From the NCBI GenBank assembly GCA_043823025.1, contig JBDRBD010000042.1, positions 1 to 28,876 of the forward strand: 28,876 nucleotides of DNA. Reading direction: 5' to 3'. Positions within the stretch are counted from its first letter, which is position 1, and each line of letters opens with the position of its first letter. Made by a program: the position numbers and the translations under genes. Under the pieces are notes generated by a model, which was not told where the DNA came from, searched no databases, and saw only the letters and a list, made by a program, of their open reading frames with translations. This DNA is from Candidatus Omnitrophota bacterium. GTDB lineage: Bacteria > Omnitrophota > Gorgyraeia > JACQQV01. Of the stretch, positions 23,267 through 28,876 are shown in pieces.

Positions 23267-25399
23267 ATGGTTATGAAATTTTTGTTCTTTTTTCTGAGTT
23301 TCTTTTTGGTCCATGGTCCTTTTTGCGAAGGAAGCCAGACTCGCGTCATCATCTTGGGATTTGACGGGGTTGATACGCGCCTTGCGGAAAAGTACATGGA
23401 CCAAGGCCAACTTCCGAATCTTGCGAAGCTTCGCGAATCAGGGACCTATCTTCCCCTGGGAACAACCCTTCCGCCGCAGTCTCCCGTCTCCTGGTCCAGT
23501 TTTGGGACAGGGCAAAATCCCGGAAAAACGCGTATCTTCGATTTTTTGATGCGGATGCCGGGAAGCTATTATCCTGACTTTGCAATGCTCGGCGAAGGAA
23601 AAATTGCTCTTCTCCCGCGATCCTCTCATCGGGTTCTGGCCTCCGCACTTGTAGGTTTGTTCATTTTCGGGATTGTTTTTTTCCTCTTGAGACGGGGAAA
23701 GAAGCGAAAGGCGATTTCTATGAGTCTCGGTGTTTTTTCCTTGTTGGGAACTCTCCTTTTGTTGATGTGGATTCCGAAGGAAATTCCGAAGCCGGTCTTG
23801 CGCCGCGCCGGCGTGCCGTTCTGGCAGCGGGTCTCCCGGCAGGGAATTCCTTCTGTCATGATTCGCATGCCCGTTACTTTTCCCCCCGAGCACATCCCCC
23901 ACGGGAAGCTCCTCTCGGGCCTCGGCGTTCCCGACGTCCGGAAAACTATAGGGACTTTTTCTTTTTACACCGCTGAAGAAACCGGTTCGGCGGATGCGGC
24001 GGATACGGAGATGGGTGGGAAGATTATCCCTGTTCAAATCCACGATGGAAAAATCCGCACTTTTGTCTGGGGACCAAAGAATTTTACGAAAGAGGGGGCG
24101 CCCGATGTTCTCCCGGAACTTAACATCTCTATCGATCAAAAGACCAAGCAATGCACCCTCCAATTTCAGGGTCAATCCCATACACTGAAAGAAAGGGAAT
24201 GGAGCCCCTGGTTCACATTCCGGTTTGACATGAATCCTTTGGTCCATTTGTACGGGATCGGCCGTTTTTATCTGGTTAGCGTTCAGCCGGTCTTTCAGTT
24301 GTACCTTGGCCCCATCAACTTCCATCCGGCAAAAGTCCCCCCCAATTTTTCTCTTTCTTCCCCAAGAGACTATTCGAAGGACCTGGTAAAAGCCGTCGGT
24401 CTTTATAAAACGGTCGGCTGGATGGAGGAAACTTGGGGGCTCAATGAGAGGCGGCTCGATGAAAAGGCCTTTTTGGAAGACCTGTTTGAGACGGAAAAGA
24501 CCGTTCGGGAAATCATGTTTCATGAACTTGCAAAGCCGGACTGGCGGCTTTTTGTCGGCATCTTTGAAGGGACCGACCGGGTGCAGCACATGTTCTGGCG
24601 GACCATTGACCCCAAGCACCCTGCTTATACGGCCGAAGATGCCGCCGCGTATGGCGATGCCATCCTGAGGGTGTACCGGAGGATGGACCAGACCGTCGGA
24701 GAAGTCCTTGAGAAGTTTACCGATGAGGATACAATTTTATTTGTGATTTCAGACCATGGATTTGTCAGTTTCCGGAGGGCTGTCAATCTCAATACCTGGC
24801 TTGTGAAAAAAGGCTATATGACCTTAAAAGACACAGAAGGGGTCAGAGACCGAAATTTAAAGGACCTTTTCGACCGGGGGGAGTTTTGGCCCAATGTGGA
24901 CTGGTCGAAAACAAAGGCCTATGCCATGGGGCTCGCCGGCCTTTATATCAATCTTCGGGGGAGAGAGCCCGAAGGAATCGTTTTTCCGCATGAGTATGAG
25001 GCATTGCGTCGTCAGATCATCAAAGACCTTTTGGCTCTGGAAGATCCGAAAACCGGCATCCGTCCGCTCGTCAACGTCTATCGGCGGGATGAGGTCTATT
25101 CCGGTCCTTACTTCGAAGAAACGCCCGACCTGATCACCGGATTTCAAGCAGGGTATCGGACTTCCTGGCAGACGGCTTTAGGGGGAATCCCCAGAGAGGT
25201 CTTTGAGGATAATAAAAGGAAATGGAGCGGGGACCACTGTTCTTATGATCCTTCGGTTCTCCCCGGAGTATTTTTCTGTAACCGGAAACTTCCTGAAAAG
25301 CAGCTTCACATTATGGACGTTGCGCCGACGGTCCTGGAGATTTTTGATGTGCCGATTCCATCCGAGATGGATGGAACGTCTTTTTGGACGCAGCAGTAA
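23267..25399 (+). CDS. Alkaline phosphatase superfamily protein (type I phosphodiesterase/nucleotide pyrophosphatase-like) with an inserted TM hairpin
   Basis: Start ATG at 23267 or 23273, signal peptide, VIILGFDG, PPQSPVSWSSFGTG (Ser nucleophile), IFDF, TDRVQHMFW, VISDHGF, WSGDH. The metal ligands appear intact. Confidence 0.88.
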   Translation: MVMKFLFFFLSFFLVHGPFCEGSQTRVIILGFDGVDTRLAEKYMDQGQLPNLAKLRESGTYLPLGTTLPPQSPVSWSSFGTGQNPGKTRIFDFLMRMPGSYYPDFAMLGEGKIALLPRSSHRVLASALVGLFIFGIVFFLLRRGKKRKAISMSLGVFSLLGTLLLLMWIPKEIPKPVLRRAGVPFWQRVSRQGIPSVMIRMPVTFPPEHIPHGKLLSGLGVPDVRKTIGTFSFYTAEETGSADAADTEMGGKIIPVQIHDGKIRTFVWGPKNFTKEGAPDVLPELNISIDQKTKQCTLQFQGQSHTLKEREWSPWFTFRFDMNPLVHLYGIGRFYLVSVQPVFQLYLGPINFHPAKVPPNFSLSSPRDYSKDLVKAVGLYKTVGWMEETWGLNERRLDEKAFLEDLFETEKTVREIMFHELAKPDWRLFVGIFEGTDRVQHMFWRTIDPKHPAYTAEDAAAYGDAILRVYRRMDQTVGEVLEKFTDEDTILFVISDHGFVSFRRAVNLNTWLVKKGYMTLKDTEGVRDRNLKDLFDRGEFWPNVDWSKTKAYAMGLAGLYINLRGREPEGIVFPHEYEALRRQIIKDLLALEDPKTGIRPLVNVYRRDEVYSGPYFEETPDLITGFQAGYRTSWQTALGGIPREVFEDNKRKWSGDHCSYDPSVLPGVFFCNRKLPEKQLHIMDVAPTVLEIFDVPIPSEMDGTSFWTQQ

Positions 25400-25432
25400 A
25401 CCCCGTTAGAGAACGGAGTTCTCCAACGGGGT
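25400..25432. repeat. REP-like imperfect palindrome
   Basis: ACCCCGTT-A-GAGAAC-GGA-GTTCTC-C-AACGGGGT, starting immediately after the TAA. No U-tract on the + strand. Confidence 0.6.
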
Positions 25433-25457
25433 AAAAGCATAAACCGAGGAGGAACGC

Positions 25458-25646
25458 ATGAAGAGACAGGGACTCAGCGAAGCGCTGTTTCTGATGGGAT
25501 TCATCGTTTTTGTGGCAGGCGTCATTTTGAAAATCACCGCGCAGGAGGTGTTTTTGTTTCCCGTCGTGGCGTATTGGCGGTTTTCAATGGGGTGTTTGGC
25601 TCTGTCAATGGCGCTGTCTCTCCTGACAGTCGCTGAAAAAAAGTAA
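25458..25646 (+). CDS. Small (62 aa) two-TM membrane protein of unknown function
   Basis: Strong SD GAGGAGG before the ATG. Two hydrophobic helices (LFLMGFIVFVAGVILKI; YWRFSMGCLALSMALSLL). Fills the intergenic gap in operon orientation. Confidence 0.75.
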   Translation: MKRQGLSEALFLMGFIVFVAGVILKITAQEVFLFPVVAYWRFSMGCLALSMALSLLTVAEKK

Positions 25647-25739
25647 CCCTTCATAAAAAACCATCCATTTCGGGCGGGATTCAAAAGAACGTTAGGTCCC
25701 GAAGGGTGAGAGACCGTTCTAGGTGAGATTGAGGATGCC

Positions 25740-26402
25740 GTGAAAGAAGGATGGGGAATTCTTTTCTCTTTTGTCTATGTGGCCTTGGTTTTGAGCGCGG
25801 CCAAACAGGCGGAGGCCCGGGGGTGGATTTCCTCTTATGCGGTGAGGAAGTGGATCCACCTCCTTGTGGGAAGTTGGATTCTTCCGACTTTTTTTCTTTT
25901 TGAACATTGGTACTCGGCGATCCTCCCTCCATTCTGTTTCATCTGGGTGAATCTTTACTTGGAACGAAAACGGTTCTTCTCCTTTGAGGCCAGAGACCAG
26001 GGATTCGGGGCTGTCTATGTCCCCATTTCCTTTGTCCTCCTTCTCACTCTTTTTTGGGAAGATCCCTTTCGAGCCTATGCTTCTATCGGCGCCTTAAGTA
26101 TGGCGTGGGGAGATGCCGCCGCGGCCTTGATCGGGAAAAAATGGGGCCGGCACACGTACACCCTGGGGCGCACACAGAAATCGCTCGAAGGCGCTCTGGC
26201 CATGTGGGGCGGGGCGGCTGCGGGGTGCATTGTCAGCTTTCTTCTTTTCCGGCCGCTTCCGTTTCGGGAACTGGTGATTCAAAGCGCTATTCTTGCGTCA
26301 GTGGCTGCACTCCTTGAATCGTTTGCCGGCCGGGGGCTCGACAATCTCACCGTTCCTTTGGGAAGTGCTTGGGCCGGCGTCCTTCTTTTCGTGAGAATGT
26401 AA
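25740..26402 (+). CDS. CTP-dependent polyprenol/phytol/farnesol (or diacylglycerol) kinase, SEC59/DGK1/VTE5 family
   Basis: GTG after GAGGA. RKWIHLLVG, WGDAAAALIGKKWGRH, KSLEG, LLESFAGRGLDNLTVPL; multi-TM. Confidence 0.88.
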   Translation: MKEGWGILFSFVYVALVLSAAKQAEARGWISSYAVRKWIHLLVGSWILPTFFLFEHWYSAILPPFCFIWVNLYLERKRFFSFEARDQGFGAVYVPISFVLLLTLFWEDPFRAYASIGALSMAWGDAAAALIGKKWGRHTYTLGRTQKSLEGALAMWGGAAAGCIVSFLLFRPLPFRELVIQSAILASVAALLESFAGRGLDNLTVPLGSAWAGVLLFVRM

Positions 26403-26403
26403 C

Positions 26404-27366
26404 ATGCACTTACTTCTCACCGGCGGGACAGGGTATCTGGGCGGGATTCTGGTCAGAACCCTTTCAACAAAATATACGGTGCGGGTTCTGGTCCGGGATC
26501 GGAATCGTGCCGCGCCCCTCCTCCCAAGATCGGCGCATTTAGTCGAAGGCCATCTCCAGGACCGTGATTCCCTTAAAGAAGCATTGAGAGGGTGCGACGC
26601 CGTTTTCCACCTGGCGGCCTTGGTCAAAAGTTGGGTGCCGGACAAATCCCTTTTTGAAAAAACCAATGTCGAAGGATTCCGGAATTTGGCAGAACTCTCA
26701 TGGGAACAGGGAGTCCAGCGGTTTGTGTATACGTCCAGTTTCCTTGCCCTGGGACCGACGGACACCCCCTCGAAAAAAGAAACCTTTCAAAACCCTTATG
26801 TGGCCTCAAAAAGAAAAGCGCTGGAACTCGCCCGTTCCTATCAAAAGGGAGGTTACCCCCTTGTGACCGCCATCCCGACGGTCCTTTACGGGCCGGGGGC
26901 CTTGACGGAAGGGAATCATGTCGCCCAAATGTTGAAGCATCTTCTTTCGGGAAAGTTCCCTGGCTGGATCGACGGAGGGAAGTGGCGCTGGAATTTTGCT
27001 TTTGTCGCCGACGTGGCGGAAGGGGAGCAGCTTGTTTTTGAAAAGGGGAGGCTCGGCAAAGAATATATTTTGGGAGGTGAGACCGTCTCGTTGAAGGATT
27101 TCATGACCCAGGCCGCCGTCGCCGCCGGCTGTCCTGTCCCGAAAAAAGAGATACCCTCGCCTTTACTTCTGGGCTACGCCGCGTTTCAGGAATGGATGGC
27201 CGGCCTTTTCCGCCTCGAACCCTCCCTGACGCGGGGGATCCTCGAGACGTATCGCCACGATTGGGTCTATCCGGACGATATCGCGAGGGCCGAGCTGGGA
27301 TATACCACGACCCCCCTCCGGGAGGCCCTGACAAAAACGGTTCAATGGTTGAAGGGTTCTTTGTGA
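26404..27366 (+). CDS. Extended SDR (NAD-dependent; farnesol dehydrogenase/HpnA/DFR-like)
   Basis: LTGGTGYLG, VFHLAALV, YTSSFLALG, catalytic YVASK, LYGPG, ARAELGY. Confidence 0.9.
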   Translation: MHLLLTGGTGYLGGILVRTLSTKYTVRVLVRDRNRAAPLLPRSAHLVEGHLQDRDSLKEALRGCDAVFHLAALVKSWVPDKSLFEKTNVEGFRNLAELSWEQGVQRFVYTSSFLALGPTDTPSKKETFQNPYVASKRKALELARSYQKGGYPLVTAIPTVLYGPGALTEGNHVAQMLKHLLSGKFPGWIDGGKWRWNFAFVADVAEGEQLVFEKGRLGKEYILGGETVSLKDFMTQAAVAAGCPVPKKEIPSPLLLGYAAFQEWMAGLFRLEPSLTRGILETYRHDWVYPDDIARAELGYTTTPLREALTKTVQWLKGSL

Positions 27367-28061
27367 TGCCGCACGTTGCCGTCGGATTTTTGGTAAATCT
27401 TTTCTTTGCGGGAGCGGCCTTTTGGGCGAAGAGTGTGACGCTTTCGGGGGCCTTTTCCGGCGTCCTTCTCGGCACATGGATCTACGCCTTTTTGGGGTTA
27501 CGCGGATTTTTGGTGGTGGTCGGTTTTTTCATCCTCGGTTCCTTTTTTACCCGCTGGGGCTATGGGGCAAAGAAAAAAGGGGCCTCCGCGGAAAAGCGGG
27601 GAGGACGGAGAAGTTATCGGGAAGCACTGGCGAACTGTCTGGTAGGCGCTTTCTTTGCATCGCTTGCTTTTTTCACGGGTCAGTTTCTCTTTGAACTTGC
27701 ATTTGTCGCTTCGTTTGCGACGGCCCTTGCGGATACGACGGCGACAGAACTCGGTTCCCTCTACGGAAGGAACGCGTTCTTATTCTTTCCGTTGAGAAAA
27801 GTTCCGCCGGGGACGCAGGGGGCCCTTTCCTTGGAGGGCACACTTGCCGGAATTCTCGCCTCCGCCGGCCTTTCGTTTTTAGCGGTCGGACTCGCGTTGA
27901 TTCAGAAGAGGCATATCCCGTTTGTTGTTGGCGGTGCGACGGTCGGATTTTTGGGGGAGAGTTTTTTGGTGCACTTTCCTGTGCTCGGTCATCAACTCAG
28001 GAATTTCCTGAACACACTCTTTGGGGCGCTGATTGCCATGGCACTGGCGTGGATTCTATGA
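27366..28061 (+). CDS. DUF92 (TMEM19/VTE6-like) membrane protein
   Basis: ATG at 27366 in a TGATG overlap. GGRRSYREALANC, ATALADTTATELG, VPPGTQGALSLEGTLAG, LGESFL, RNFLNT. Confidence 0.9.
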   Translation: MPHVAVGFLVNLFFAGAAFWAKSVTLSGAFSGVLLGTWIYAFLGLRGFLVVVGFFILGSFFTRWGYGAKKKGASAEKRGGRRSYREALANCLVGAFFASLAFFTGQFLFELAFVASFATALADTTATELGSLYGRNAFLFFPLRKVPPGTQGALSLEGTLAGILASAGLSFLAVGLALIQKRHIPFVVGGATVGFLGESFLVHFPVLGHQLRNFLNTLFGALIAMALAWIL

Positions 28062-28876
28062 AAGAGACGAAACGATATCTCATCTGGAAGCTGATACGGC
28101 CTTTCACCCTCTTGGCCCCGGCGGTCGGATTTTTCTCCGGCGCTGTCATCGGCTCAAGAGGATTTCCGCCCGCTTATGCGCTTTTAGGAATCGCCTCTGC
28201 CGTTTTCTTGAATGCTGCCTCCAACGTGGTCAACCAGATTTTTGACCTGGAGATCGACCGCCTCAATAAACCCGACCGCATCCTCCCGTCGGGAAAGCTT
28301 TCCGTTCGCCAGGCAACATGGATCGCGGTTGTTTTTTCCATCCTTGCCTTTGCCGCGGCCTACCTTGTTCCGAATAAGCAGTTTTTCGCCATCGTCCTGT
28401 TGGCGGCCTTCATCACCTTTTTCTATTCGAGCCCGCCGCTGCGCGTCAAACGGTGCCCTTTTCTTGCCAACTTCTGGATTGCCATTCCGCGCGGGACATT
28501 GCTTCTCGTAAGCGGATGGGCATCGGTGCGGGATGTCTGGGACGGGGAAATCTGGGTGATCGGCGCACTCTTCGGACTCTTTGTGTTCGGCGCCACCACT
28601 ACCAAGGATTTCAGCGATGTGGAGGGGGACCGGCGGTACGGCTGCCTGACGCTCCCCGCGCTTCTGGGGTTCCGTGGGGCCGCACTTTTCATGGTGCCAT
28701 TTCTTACCCTTTCGTTTCTTGGACTTCCCCTTGCGAGGGAAGCCGGTTTGCTACAGGGACGCCAAGTGTGGCTTTTCCTTTTAGGGGTTTTTCTTTTCTT
28801 GTGGGGTTGTTATATTACATGGCTCATACTTCGGAAGCCCGAGGCGCTTGCGGTTGACAAGAATCATCCTTCCTGG
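28058..28876 (+). CDS. UbiA-superfamily prenyltransferase (DGGGP synthase/homogentisate prenyltransferase-like); partial, runs off the window
   Basis: ATGA overlap. My translation: MKETKRYLIWKLIRPFTLLAP...NVVNQIFDLEIDRLNKPDRILPSG (motif at 28232-28273)...FYSSPPLRVKR...TTKDFSDVEGDRRYGCLTLP (28604-28630)...NHPSW. Not in the supplied ORF track. Confidence 0.92.
   Translation, partial: MKETKRYLIWKLIRPFTLLAPAVGFFSGAVIGSRGFPPAYALLGIASAVFLNAASNVVNQIFDLEIDRLNKPDRILPSGKLSVRQATWIAVVFSILAFAAAYLVPNKQFFAIVLLAAFITFFYSSPPLRVKRCPFLANFWIAIPRGTLLLVSGWASVRDVWDGEIWVIGALFGLFVFGATTTKDFSDVEGDRRYGCLTLPALLGFRGAALFMVPFLTLSFLGLPLAREAGLLQGRQVWLFLLGVFLFLWGCYITWLILRKPEALAVDKNHPSW

Noticed and set aside
25647-25739. Possible riboswitch or structured leader before the prenol kinase (AGAACG...CGTTCT stem; CCCTTCATAAAAAAC resembling a preQ1 3' tail)
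   Set aside because: The stem is short and bulged, and the matching 5' P1 strand and conserved cores of known riboswitches are absent. An Infernal/Rfam search would be needed to revive it.
28058-28876. Calling the prenyltransferase ubiA (4-HB polyprenyltransferase) or DPPR synthase
   Set aside because: The motifs lack the NDxxDxxxD...RTxxRP (UbiA/Coq2) and HPxKxxRP (DPPR synthase) forms, and no ubiquinone or DprE1 genes are nearby.
1-28876. CRISPR arrays, tRNA/rRNA genes, IS transposases, phage genes
   Set aside because: No regular repeat-spacer arrays, cloverleaf/rRNA-like stretches or transposase/integrase motifs seen. Nearly all sequence is explained by CDSs.

Overview
This is a gene-dense bacterial window with no rRNA, tRNA, CRISPR array or transposase that I can see. 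(1) 1-892 is a partial DUF294 putative nucleotidyltransferase on the minus strand, missing from the ORF track. (2) 1101-23181 is a large Wzx/Wzy-type surface polysaccharide locus. It has a TPR-fused OPX/Wza-like exporter, a polysaccharide co-polymerase, a BY-kinase with a Walker A K->R substitution, a Wzx flippase, a Wzy/O-antigen-ligase-like protein, GT2 and GT4 enzymes, three GT-C-type membrane glycosyltransferases, two SAM methyltransferases, a Thr-nucleophile sulfatase-like enzyme and a clan GH-A hydrolase. A three-gene cassette (DPM-synthase-like GT2, DUF2304, methyltransferase) sits inverted inside it. (3) 23267-25646 encodes a membrane-anchored AlkP-superfamily enzyme behind a perfect sigma70 promoter, followed by a 62-aa membrane protein. 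(4) 25740->28876 is the most interesting part: a tightly coupled four-gene operon. It encodes a CTP-dependent prenol kinase (VTE5/FOLK/SEC59 family), an SDR resembling plant farnesol dehydrogenase, DUF92 (the VTE6 phytyl-phosphate kinase family) and a UbiA-superfamily prenyltransferase (partial, missing from the ORF track). Together these look like a complete prenal->prenol->prenyl-P->prenyl-PP salvage route feeding an unknown prenylated product. All family calls come from motifs read by eye; no database searches were run.
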